Shown here: positions 1 through 8,600 of the stretch, piece by piece
Position numbering within the stretch: the first letter of the stretch is position 1
Layout of the letters: each line of letters starts with the position of its first letter
Source: Candidatus Binatia bacterium
GTDB lineage: Bacteria > Desulfobacterota > Binatia > UBA9968 > CAXXLF01
Assembly: GCA_963664015.2 (NCBI GenBank)
Contig: CAXXLF010000002.1
Location: 1,280,001 to 1,344,000, forward strand
DNA length: 64,000 bases
Direction of reading: 5' to 3'
Translations under genes and position numbers: made by a program
The notes under the pieces: model-generated
Told to the model about the DNA's origin: nothing
Database searches by the model: none
What the model saw: the letters and a program-made list of their open reading frames with translations, nothing else

Positions 1-334
1 CGATGGCAACCCGCTGTGAACCGAGTCCGATGGCCAGGCCCAAATGTTCGGCGGCCTGGGCCAGGTTCCGATTCACCTTCTCCGCTAATTCGAACCCCCC
101 CGTCATAGAAGAGATCAAGAGAGGGGCCATAAGGGTCCGGCCTAGAAAGGTCGTACTGAGATCGATATCGTCAATATTTAGCTCAGGTAGTGCATTGTGA
201 ACAAACGTATAATCGTTAAAGCTCGATGACCGGGGTGACTTGGCGATCTCTTCATCAAGGCAAAGCTCAAGGTGCTCTTTTTTGCGTTTCTGAGTCGGTG
301 ACAGAGACTTCTTCCCGATCTTATAAGATGCCAT
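1..334 (-). CDS. fni: Type 2 isopentenyl-diphosphate delta-isomerase (FMN-dependent IDI-2), 5' part; runs off the window edge
   Basis: Not in the ORF track. Manual translation from ATG at 334: MASYKIGKKSLSPTQKRKKEHLELCL...FVHNALPELNIDDIDLSTTFLGRTLMAPLLISSMTGG...NRNLAQAAEHLGLAIGLGSQRVAI, with the IDI-2 RKxxH, HNALPE, SMTGG and GSQR motifs. Confidence 0.93.
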   Translation of the reverse strand, partial: MASYKIGKKSLSPTQKRKKEHLELCLDEEIAKSPRSSSFNDYTFVHNALPELNIDDIDLSTTFLGRTLMAPLLISSMTGGFELAEKVNRNLAQAAEHLGLAIGLGSQRVAI

Positions 335-349
335 GGCAGAGGAGCACGT

Positions 350-982
350 TCAACGACGCTTTTTTGTGGCTTTGCTCGGACGCTGTGCGCTGGCACCTTT
401 CCCAGGATGACGTCCCAGAGACTCGTCGCTCCAGCGCTCGAAAAGGTCGAGATCAAAACCAAACTGGTCAAGAATTCGAGCTACGGTCTGATTGATGATA
501 TCGTCCAGGGTTTGGGGGCGATGATAAAAAGCCGGCACCGGCGGGAAAATGACCGCGCCCATTCGCGTCAACGAAGTCATGCTCTCCAAATGACCCAGAT
601 GGAGAGGCGTTTCCCTGGCGACCAGGACGAGTTTTTTTCTCTCCTTTAGGATCACATCAGCCGCGCGTACCAGAAGGTCCCCCCCCACAGAAAGGGCGAT
701 TCCACCCATGGATTTCATTGAGCAGGGAGCAATCACCATACCCTCTGTGCGAAAAGAGCCACTGGATATGCTAGCTCCCACGTTATTTATATCGTGAACC
801 ACGTTCGCCATTGATTCCACTTCTTTTAGAGAATAGGGAGTCTCCACTTGAATGGTCATTTTTGCCGCGCGGGTGAGAACTAAATGGGTTTCCACATCCT
901 GGAGCCGGGAAAGGGCATCCAGAATGCGGATGCCGTAGATGGCCCCTGTAGCACCTGATAAACCTACGATGAGACGACGCAC
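350..982 (-). CDS. ubiX: UbiX flavin prenyltransferase
   Basis: GLSGATGAIYG, SSGSF, APCSMKS, RAADVILKERKKLVLVARETP, PAFYHRP motifs; GTG start with GGAGG RBS. Confidence 0.95.
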   Translation of the reverse strand: MRRLIVGLSGATGAIYGIRILDALSRLQDVETHLVLTRAAKMTIQVETPYSLKEVESMANVVHDINNVGASISSGSFRTEGMVIAPCSMKSMGGIALSVGGDLLVRAADVILKERKKLVLVARETPLHLGHLESMTSLTRMGAVIFPPVPAFYHRPQTLDDIINQTVARILDQFGFDLDLFERWSDESLGRHPGKGASAQRPSKATKKRR

Positions 983-993
983 AGCAAGCCTCC

Positions 994-1425
994 TTATTCC
1001 TTAGCTCCGATAATTTCCAAGGTCAGCGGATCTCCGTCATCGACCTGGAGCGATTGTTTAACATGAAACGGAGCAATGACTTCTAATTTATCCTCCGGAT
1101 AACCCTTGACTTCGGGGACCAGCACAGCGATAAGCCTCTTGTCCTCATGGAGCCCCACACCCCTTTCGATCCGGGCCAGGAAGGCACGTGCATGACAAAA
1201 GGTGGGTTGAGGAGAAGGGATATCGACTCCTCTCACTGACCGCTGCAAATCCTTCCATAGAGCGATTCCTTGCTTGGTTGTCAGACGCAGGTTCAGGGTC
1301 CCCGCATAAGGAGCGAACCCAATCCTTTCGGTGAGGAGCTGTTGGACCCACTCCAAGCCCATGAACGATGCCGCCTCGCCAAGATCCGAGAAGACAATGC
1401 CGGTAATTTTTTTATCTTCCGCCAT
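994..1425 (-). CDS. ribK: CTP-dependent (archaeal-type) riboflavin kinase
   Basis: GIVFSDLGEAASFM, GFAPYAGTLNL, LEVIAPFHVKQSLQVDDGD resemble the archaeal RibK motifs (GxVxSGxGEG, PYPGTLN, LEIIAPxxLR...L.DGD). Confidence 0.8.
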   Translation of the reverse strand: MAEDKKITGIVFSDLGEAASFMGLEWVQQLLTERIGFAPYAGTLNLRLTTKQGIALWKDLQRSVRGVDIPSPQPTFCHARAFLARIERGVGLHEDKRLIAVLVPEVKGYPEDKLEVIAPFHVKQSLQVDDGDPLTLEIIGAKE

Positions 1426-1556
1426 TTCGAATTAGTCGAAAGAAAATGTTCAACAGTTATTAGTCCCCCACCACCATCCAACTACTCCCGCTCAGCGTTC
1501 TTTGTTATCGATTGGGATTCATCCGTCGCCATTCACGATTTCCTCCCTGTATATAC

Positions 1557-1584
1557 CATTGACGGTTAACGATTAACCATTGAC
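1557..1584. repeat. Degenerate heptamer tandem (cattgac ggttaac gattaac cattgac)
   Basis: Read directly; same unit as the array at 60694-60800. Confidence 0.55.
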
Positions 1585-1589
1585 CTATT

Positions 1590-2363
1590 TCAATGCCCCG
1601 ACAGGGATTTGGCCTTTCCTCCCCGACGCACCTTGATGACCTCAGCGAGGATGGCCAGAGCAATCTCTTCCGGGGTCTCGGCGTTGATATCCAGACCAAT
1701 GGGTGCGTAAACCCGCGCAATGACTTCCTCGGCCATTTTTTCTTCTTCCCGAAATCTATGAAAACAAGCCTTGACCCTTCTCTTACTTCCTATCATTCCG
1801 ACGTATTTGGCCGGGCTCTTAATAATCTCGCGTAAACAAGGCTCATCGTATTTGTGCCCTCGGGTAATCAAGATAATATAAGTCCAGGGAGTAATACTCA
1901 TAGCCACCAGGCCCTCCGCCATATCCCCCACCCTAACCTCATCAGCGTCTGGGAACCGATCCCGATTAGCGTATTGGATACGGTCATCGATAACGATGAC
2001 ATGGAAGTCCATCCGTTTAGCGAATTGGACCAGGGGAACCGCGATATGCCCCGCTCCTACGATAATCAGCCTCGGCGGGGCCAGCAGAACGTCGAAGTAA
2101 ACCTCAGCTTTTGCGGCTGTTGAGGGTAGGTCCAGAGAAACGAGCTTGGGCTTTTCCTCCCTCAGGCGCTTGTCCGCCTCTTTAAGAATAACGTCTATCA
2201 GTGCCTTATGGCTTATGCTTCCGGCCTGGACCTTGCCGTCACGAATAAGACACTTGGCGCCGGGTTTTACGGTACGGATCCCCTTGACCTCAACCACCGT
2301 TGCTAAAACGGCAGCGGCGCGATCTTCGGTGACCCGAATCAGCTCTTCAATCAGCGGACTCAT
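1590..2363 (-). CDS. xdhC: XdhC/CoxF family molybdo-hydroxylase maturation factor
   Basis: GAGHIAVPL, TRGHKYD, YVGMIGSKRR, YAPIGLDINAETPEEIA; likely start MSPLIEE at 2363. Confidence 0.9.
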   Translation of the reverse strand: MSPLIEELIRVTEDRAAAVLATVVEVKGIRTVKPGAKCLIRDGKVQAGSISHKALIDVILKEADKRLREEKPKLVSLDLPSTAAKAEVYFDVLLAPPRLIIVGAGHIAVPLVQFAKRMDFHVIVIDDRIQYANRDRFPDADEVRVGDMAEGLVAMSITPWTYIILITRGHKYDEPCLREIIKSPAKYVGMIGSKRRVKACFHRFREEEKMAEEVIARVYAPIGLDINAETPEEIALAILAEVIKVRRGGKAKSLSGH

Positions 2364-2703
2364 TCTCCCCTGTCGGCTCTTCTTCCTCGCCCTTCCACCA
2401 CGGATCAATCAATACATTCATGATTCCACCGCAAACAGCTGGGCTATCCGAAGAGATATCGTCGAGGAGATCGACACGTACCATCTTTGGCTTGCGCGTC
2501 CGGATGACCTCTATCGCCTCACGCTTCACATCGGCCTCGCCACAGCCCCCCCCGATGGTCCCCAAGATCTCCCCCCAAGCCGTTACCGCCATCTTGGCGC
2601 CGACTTCCCTGGGCGTCGAACCCCGCGTGGAAACCACCGTAGCCACGGCAAGGGTCTCTCCCTTGTCGAGAAACCGCTTGATCTGTTCATAGATAGGATC
2701 CAT
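2347..2703 (-). CDS. Stand-alone XdhC/CoxI N-terminal domain protein
   Basis: ATVVSTRGSTPREVGAKM, GTIGGGCGE, AVCGG. Confidence 0.88.
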   Translation of the reverse strand: MDPIYEQIKRFLDKGETLAVATVVSTRGSTPREVGAKMAVTAWGEILGTIGGGCGEADVKREAIEVIRTRKPKMVRVDLLDDISSDSPAVCGGIMNVLIDPWWKGEEEEPTGENESAD

Positions 2704-2732
2704 GGTATCTTTCCTCTATAACCAGGTGGCAC

Positions 2733-3947
2733 TTAGGCGACTAATTTTTGCATGGTGGAGCCAAGTTTGACCAGACTCTGCACATTATGAACGGAAAGGA
2801 AATAATCCAGATACGGGAGCACAGCCTGCATTCCCTTGCACAAGGGTTGATAATCCTCGCTCGCCAACAGGGGATTGAGCCAAATGATGCTCTTGCATCG
2901 GCGTTTTAATTTTTTTATTTCATCTTCCAAAAGCGTCACGCTGCCTCGGTCCCACCCGTCGCTAATAATGACGACGACGGTCCGAGACGTCACCAGGCTC
3001 GGAGCAAAGTCCCGATTGAAGGTATCCAACGATCGACCGATATTAGTGCCGCCAGACCATCCCAGCACATCGTGGGATATCCGTTCCAGAGCGTTGGCAA
3101 TGTCCTTGGTGCGAATAAGATGGGTAATCCGGGTCAACGAAGTGCTGAAGACAAAGGTCTCCACCCCCCAGAGCTCATTTTGCAGGCCATACATGAACTG
3201 GATCAAGAAACGGCTGTAGCAATCCATCGACCCGCTAACGTCGCAGAGGAGGATCACTCGCGTTTTCTTGATTCTCCGCTTACGCTTGACGAGTTCGATG
3301 GGCTCTCCTCCATACTTGAGACTCTTCTTCATGGTCCAGCGAGGGTCGACTTCATTCCCCTTGGCAGCCCGTTTTTTCCGCCGGCTCACTTGTGTCGCAA
3401 TCTTCGAAGCAATGAGCATAATCGCCTTACGCACGGCCCGACTCTCTTCGATGCCCAACTCGCTGAAGTCTTTTTCGGTCAGCACCTCACGGGGGCTGTA
3501 CGTGGGGAGCAGGGTCGGCTCTCCGTCCTGCGCCTGATCATCCTCTTGACCAGAAACCTGTACAGTTTCTTCTTGGGGGAATTCGGCGTCTTCACCAAAC
3601 TGGACCGACGACAGTGAAGGGACTTCCAACTCTCCCTTCTCCTGCGCTTCCTCGCTGAGAGCAAGCCCCTGCCAGAAATCATCGAAGACGCGATGAAACA
3701 AGGGTATCTGGTCGCCCTCATTGAGCAGATTGGCACGCAACCCGGCGTGAAAATCCTCCCGCCTGGCAATGTCAACGAACTCGAGGGACCGACTGGCATC
3801 CATGACCTGGCTCAAGCTCACCGTGAAGCCCAGAGTCTTCAAGACCCGACCAAATGCAAGCAAGTTGGTCATGAGCCCTTTGCTCCGCAATGACGCGTAC
3901 TGCTCGATGGCCTGGCTGATTTCTTGATCCGACGGCTGTATCGACAT
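2733..3947 (-). CDS. coxE: VWA-domain CoxE-like protein
   Basis: LCDVSGSM MIDAS, WSGGTNIG, ISDGWDRG, WLNPL. Confidence 0.88.
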   Translation of the reverse strand: MSIQPSDQEISQAIEQYASLRSKGLMTNLLAFGRVLKTLGFTVSLSQVMDASRSLEFVDIARREDFHAGLRANLLNEGDQIPLFHRVFDDFWQGLALSEEAQEKGELEVPSLSSVQFGEDAEFPQEETVQVSGQEDDQAQDGEPTLLPTYSPREVLTEKDFSELGIEESRAVRKAIMLIASKIATQVSRRKKRAAKGNEVDPRWTMKKSLKYGGEPIELVKRKRRIKKTRVILLCDVSGSMDCYSRFLIQFMYGLQNELWGVETFVFSTSLTRITHLIRTKDIANALERISHDVLGWSGGTNIGRSLDTFNRDFAPSLVTSRTVVVIISDGWDRGSVTLLEDEIKKLKRRCKSIIWLNPLLASEDYQPLCKGMQAVLPYLDYFLSVHNVQSLVKLGSTMQKLVA

Positions 3948-3948
3948 T

Positions 3949-4869
3949 TTAGCTCTGGGGCCCCATGGATTCTTTGAGGATGCCTTCTAAATCCAATTTT
4001 TTCCCGGCCACTTGCTCCTGTAAATGATGGAGGTCCTCTTTGTACTTAAAAACGCAACCCATGGTTTCTTCCAGGGCCTTTTCGTCCAGTTGTTCCCGAT
4101 GAAGGGCCATCAAGGCCGAGGCCCAATCCAGCGTCTCTGCTACTCCGGGGCGTTTATAGAAATTCATTTGCCGGACTTGCTGCATGAAAGAACAGATCTG
4201 CTTGGCCAGGACCTCTCCAATTCCCCCATGCTTGGCCATAACGATTTCAAATTCCTTGTCGAAGGTCGGGTATTCGATCCAGTGGTAAAGGCAGCGGCGT
4301 TTGAGCGCGTCGTGGATTTCCCGGGTTCGGTTGGATGTGAGAAACACATAGGGACGCTGTTTGGCACGAATGGTCCCGATCTCGGGGATGGTAATTTGGA
4401 AGTCGGAAAGCACCTCCAACAAAAAGGCCTCAAATTCCATATCCGCACGATCGATCTCATCGATGAGAAGAACCGGGGGCGTTTCATCCTCACTTTGAAT
4501 GGCCTCCAGGAGTGGACGCTGGATAAGATAGTCCTGGGTAAAGATCTCTGTGGCCACATGGGTCCGGTCACCTTTCCCGATCTCTTCCAGCTTGATCCTA
4601 AGCATCTGCTTGGGATAGTTCCACTCGTAAAGGGCCGTATTGGCATCCAAGCCCTCGTAACACTGCAAACGAATCAATTTTGCCCCCATCACTTCAGAAA
4701 GGACCTTCGCGATCTCGGTCTTGCCGACACCGGCCTCTCCCTCCAAGAGCACGGGCTTGCTCAAGTTGACGGCGAGAAAGACTACAGTAGCTAGACTTCG
4801 GTCGCAGATATATCTCTGCTTTCCCAAGGCCTCCTGGATCTTATCTATGCTCAGCTTATTTGGGTTCAT
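3949..4869 (-). CDS. coxD: MoxR/CoxD AAA+ ATPase
   Basis: GEAGVGKT, RLQCYEGLD, LYEWNY, LLIDEIDRAD, DALKRRC, PGVAETLDW. Confidence 0.9.
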   Translation of the reverse strand: MNPNKLSIDKIQEALGKQRYICDRSLATVVFLAVNLSKPVLLEGEAGVGKTEIAKVLSEVMGAKLIRLQCYEGLDANTALYEWNYPKQMLRIKLEEIGKGDRTHVATEIFTQDYLIQRPLLEAIQSEDETPPVLLIDEIDRADMEFEAFLLEVLSDFQITIPEIGTIRAKQRPYVFLTSNRTREIHDALKRRCLYHWIEYPTFDKEFEIVMAKHGGIGEVLAKQICSFMQQVRQMNFYKRPGVAETLDWASALMALHREQLDEKALEETMGCVFKYKEDLHHLQEQVAGKKLDLEGILKESMGPQS

Positions 4870-5067
4870 AGTGACCTCTCCTTAGGATTGAAAGCGACAA
4901 CCATACTCCGTTTCCCACGGTGGATCAACGTCTCGGTCCCGGACCGGATACGGCCCGGGCCAAGGTTAAAAACAGTCTACTTTAGCCCCTTTGCCTTAAG
5001 CAAGCCCAAGTCACCGGTCATAGGTGACGTGGGAGTTCCTATCCTTTTTTCTCTATACGTCCGACGT

Positions 5068-6171
5068 CTATGTCGAGTCCGGACTTTGCAAGCGTTCGTT
5101 GTATTGGCACCATCCTTTCCCCCACCTGCGGCGAATCTCCTCCATGGGAGTTTGCCATTCTCTCATCCGTGTAAGCATCTCCAGTAAAAGGGCCCCCCCC
5201 CCTGCCGCGTCCCTCAAATGGATTCCCTCGGGCATGATTTTCGTATTTCCCTGGTTATGATAATTCCGTAACGGGATCGCAATACCTCCAGCGGCGTAGC
5301 CGTTCAACTGAAAGGGGGTCGCCTCACAGGTGCCGCCGTCCATGACCCTCCGCTGATACGAGAACTCCCCGTTCTGGTTTTGGAGTTCTCGCGCCACGAA
5401 GTCCATAAAGAGGACTGTTTGATGATGAAACACGCTTGTACGGTCGCCTAAACGAATCACCGGTCCACTACCAAGACGGATTCCCGACAGGGCCTTGCTA
5501 GTCTCAATTGAAATCACGGGGGTAGAAAGTGCGACAGCACTGGCCGCAATGACGCCGAGGGTACCGATGAACCCAACTTCTTCGGCACGACTAAAAATGC
5601 ACAGGAGACCGGTATCAAGAGCCCTTTCCTTGACCTCGGCCAAAGCAGCAAGCATGATGGCACATCCCACCAGATCGTCTGCCCCTTTGGTCGTAATCAA
5701 TTCGCCGTTCAGCCTGTAAGGGACAAGGTCCCAGGTTCCAAAATCTCCCGGCTCGACGGTTCCGTTCACTTTTACCGTCATCTTATCGACTCGTCCCTGA
5801 GTGTTCAGGTCAATCCCCTCGATACGCCCCTTGGCCCGAACGTCACCCGAGTTCTTATCGTAAACAACGACTCTTGCACCCATAAAATATTTGGGGTCCA
5901 CACCACCGTACCACTGGGCCTGAGTTTGTCCCGTCTCGGCAGCCACAATCTCGAAACCGGGATGATCCATATGGGCCACCCAGGCTGTCTGAGTCATATG
6001 GGTCGGACCATAGTGAACGAGGATATTCCCGTATCGGTCCAATTGAGGGTCCAGATCCAGCGCCTTGCATTCCTCATAGATAAAGGCGCTGACAAATTGC
6101 TCGTGAAAGGGCGCCGTGGGTAGAGGAAGGATCCTCTCCAGAATGCCCAATAAATGGTCAACCTTCTTCAT
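5068..6171 (-). CDS. M20/M28/M42-clan metallopeptidase
   Basis: AHMDHPGF, ADDLVG, RAEEVGFIG, GGTCE, NYHN metal-binding pattern; likely ATG at 6171. Confidence 0.8.
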   Translation of the reverse strand: MKKVDHLLGILERILPLPTAPFHEQFVSAFIYEECKALDLDPQLDRYGNILVHYGPTHMTQTAWVAHMDHPGFEIVAAETGQTQAQWYGGVDPKYFMGARVVVYDKNSGDVRAKGRIEGIDLNTQGRVDKMTVKVNGTVEPGDFGTWDLVPYRLNGELITTKGADDLVGCAIMLAALAEVKERALDTGLLCIFSRAEEVGFIGTLGVIAASAVALSTPVISIETSKALSGIRLGSGPVIRLGDRTSVFHHQTVLFMDFVARELQNQNGEFSYQRRVMDGGTCEATPFQLNGYAAGGIAIPLRNYHNQGNTKIMPEGIHLRDAAGGGALLLEMLTRMREWQTPMEEIRRRWGKGWCQYNERLQSPDST

Positions 6172-6190
6172 GAACAGATCCGGCAGTCTG

Positions 6191-6541
6191 CTATCCTTTT
6201 CCTTGTTCTTTTTTTTGTTCGTCCAATTGCCGCCTCCACCCCAGTGTTCTTGCCTTAGCGGCAATTTCTTCAGCCTCTGCTATCATTCCCTTGCGCTGAT
6301 AAAAGATCGATAGGCTCGTGTGGGCCAATTCGTCGTCGGGAGTCACTTGAATCAACCGCTTGCCGATCTCGATGGCCTCATCCAGCTTCTCCTGGTTGGC
6401 ATACGCCATGGCCAGGGCGTGAAGGGCATCCGCATAGTTGGGATCCTTCTCCAGGGCTTCCTGATAGGCTTCAATGGCTTCGTCCATCTTTTCCTCAGCA
6501 TAGAGATCCATACCCCGATTTAAACAGTCCTCTTTGATCAT
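6191..6541 (-). CDS. Tetratricopeptide repeat protein
   Basis: EAIEAYQEALEKDPNYADALHALAMAY TPR pattern; ATG at 6541 with upstream GGAGG. Confidence 0.85.
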   Translation of the reverse strand: MIKEDCLNRGMDLYAEEKMDEAIEAYQEALEKDPNYADALHALAMAYANQEKLDEAIEIGKRLIQVTPDDELAHTSLSIFYQRKGMIAEAEEIAAKARTLGWRRQLDEQKKEQGKG

Positions 6542-6649
6542 TATCCTTGTTCCCTCCAGCGGTTTCCCCGGTGTGCCCAGACCGCATAAAAAGTCTATCC
6601 CACTACACGCAGGCCAGCAACTGTGGCAAATGGCGACTGAAATTTTTTT

Positions 6650-6845
6650 CTTGCAGGATCCCCCCGAAAGCATCATCATTAGGAAAGATATGTCCATGCG
6701 TCCCACTCGAGATACCCGACAACTCACCTGGCTTATGGCATGGGCCGTCGTCTTCTGCGATATTGGCACCTCAGTCTATTACGTTCCAGGGATCCTCTAC
6801 GGCAATGTCCATAACAAGACCCCGTTTTTCGTCCTTATCTTGTAA
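6650..6845 (+). pseudogene. N-terminal fragment of an APC-family (KimA/YdaO-like) transporter
   Basis: LTWLMAWAVVFCDIGTSVYYVPGILY resembles APC TM1; the frame stops after about 50 codons. Confidence 0.65.
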
Positions 6846-6885
6846 TATTATTGAATCGTAGGTAAGCATAGCTACTGACGCATTT

Positions 6886-8586
6886 ATGAAGTTTATCCCC
6901 AGCCAGCTAGCCTATTTTTTCACGGAACCGGACGCCCGTCGCAACACGTGGGCGCTGGGCAAATACCTGTTTTTTATATTTTTCGTGATCGTGGTCTATT
7001 CCGTCGTCTTTCATATCATTATGTTGCACGCGGAAGGGCACGAGCATTCCTGGGTCACCGGCTTTTACTGGACGCTCACGGTGATGACCACCTTGGGCTT
7101 TGGAGACATTACCTTTCAAACCGACGTGGGACGACTTTTCAGTATCCTTGTTTTACTGTCCGGCATCATCCTTCTTTTGATTGTTTTACCGTTCGCCTTC
7201 ATTCGTTTTTTTTACGCACCCTGGCTTGAGGCAAGGGTGCGTCTGCAGGCACCCCGTGAGGCTCCCGAGGACTCGGAAGGGCACGTGATCATTTGTAACT
7301 ATGGCGATATCGCCCCGGGGCTCATCGACCGGCTGAACTTCCACGGGATTCCTTACACTGTAATCGAACCGGATCCGACGGAGGCCGGCCGTATGCACGG
7401 AGACGGGATCTCGGTAGTGACTGGAGAGGTCGACAGCCCGGCAACCTATCAAGCACTGAAGACGTCAAAGGCCCGTTTGGTCTTCGCCAATCGAAACGAT
7501 ACCATGAATACCAACATTACACTGACGGTACGAGAAATCGCCCCCGCCGTGCCCGTCGTCGCCGTGATTGAAGAGGAAGACTCGGCGGATATCCTGGAAT
7601 TGGCCGGCTGTTCGCATGTGCTACCGCTCAAGCAGCGACTGGGAGAGCGCCTGGCCAATCGGGTCAATGCCGGACATTCGGAGGCCCACGTCATCGGCAC
7701 ATTCCGGGACCTCCAACTTGCCGAGTTTCCCGTGCACAACACCCCACTGGCTGGCCGCACCATTCGGGACATTGGATTAAGGGAGGCCATCGGCATCAAT
7801 ATCGTGGCCGTTTGGGAACGAGGCCGGCTGCTACCAGCTCACCCCGATACGGTCCTATCCAATTCCAGTGTCACAGTGGTGGTGGGGACGCCTTCGCAGA
7901 TACTGGAACTCAACACCCTACTGGTTATTTACGATACCAACTACAATCCGGTTTTGGTTATTGGTGGGGGGAAGGTCGGCCAAGCGACTGCCCGTGAGTT
8001 TAAGAAAAAAGGCATTCCGGTCTACATCGTGGAGCGCAACGAGTCCATGCGTGACCCCATTGGGGACATCCCGGATCGGCTTTTCATTGGTGACGCAGCG
8101 GATCGCGAAGTCCTCATGGGGGCAGGTTTAAATGAGGCCCCGTCGGTTATCCTCACGACTAATGACGATGCGATGAACATCTATCTAGCGGTTTATTGCC
8201 GGCGGCTCAACCCGGAGCTACGCATTGTCAGCCGTATTACCCACGAGCGGAACATCGAAGCCATTCACCGAGCGGGTGCAGACTTTGCGCTCAGCTACGC
8301 TTCTCTGGGCATGGAGTACGTCTTTTCTATACTGCAAGGCCGCGAATTAATGGTACTGGGAGAAGGAGTCGAGCTCTTCGCTGCCCAACTCCCGCCATCC
8401 TTGGCAGGACAGACATTGGCCCAGAGCGCCATTGCCACCCGTACGGGTCTCACTGTTATCGGTATTCAACACAACGAAAAGGTTACAAGCAACCCGCCCC
8501 CTTCGACAACCCTGTCGCCGGGAAGCGAGTTGCTCTTATTAGGCAACACTCGACAGCGCCAGGCCTTCACCGACGCCTTCAGCTGA
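6886..8586 (+). CDS. Potassium channel with tandem RCK (TrkA-N/C) domains
   Basis: Two TM helices with pore motif TVMTTLGFGDI, followed by two RCK-N/RCK-C pairs (IGGGKVG). Confidence 0.9.
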   Translation: MKFIPSQLAYFFTEPDARRNTWALGKYLFFIFFVIVVYSVVFHIIMLHAEGHEHSWVTGFYWTLTVMTTLGFGDITFQTDVGRLFSILVLLSGIILLLIVLPFAFIRFFYAPWLEARVRLQAPREAPEDSEGHVIICNYGDIAPGLIDRLNFHGIPYTVIEPDPTEAGRMHGDGISVVTGEVDSPATYQALKTSKARLVFANRNDTMNTNITLTVREIAPAVPVVAVIEEEDSADILELAGCSHVLPLKQRLGERLANRVNAGHSEAHVIGTFRDLQLAEFPVHNTPLAGRTIRDIGLREAIGINIVAVWERGRLLPAHPDTVLSNSSVTVVVGTPSQILELNTLLVIYDTNYNPVLVIGGGKVGQATAREFKKKGIPVYIVERNESMRDPIGDIPDRLFIGDAADREVLMGAGLNEAPSVILTTNDDAMNIYLAVYCRRLNPELRIVSRITHERNIEAIHRAGADFALSYASLGMEYVFSILQGRELMVLGEGVELFAAQLPPSLAGQTLAQSAIATRTGLTVIGIQHNEKVTSNPPPSTTLSPGSELLLLGNTRQRQAFTDAFS

Positions 8587-8600
8587 GGATTGGAAACTGG

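Noticed and set aside
4024-4794. Long antisense or alternate-frame ORFs (for example 4024-4794, 15417-16163, 49443-50174, 54494-55165)
   Set aside because: They are shadows of well-supported genes in GC-rich DNA and carry no recognisable motifs
6542-6650. c-di-AMP (ydaO) riboswitch before the KimA-like stub
   Set aside because: The conserved riboswitch motifs could not be found
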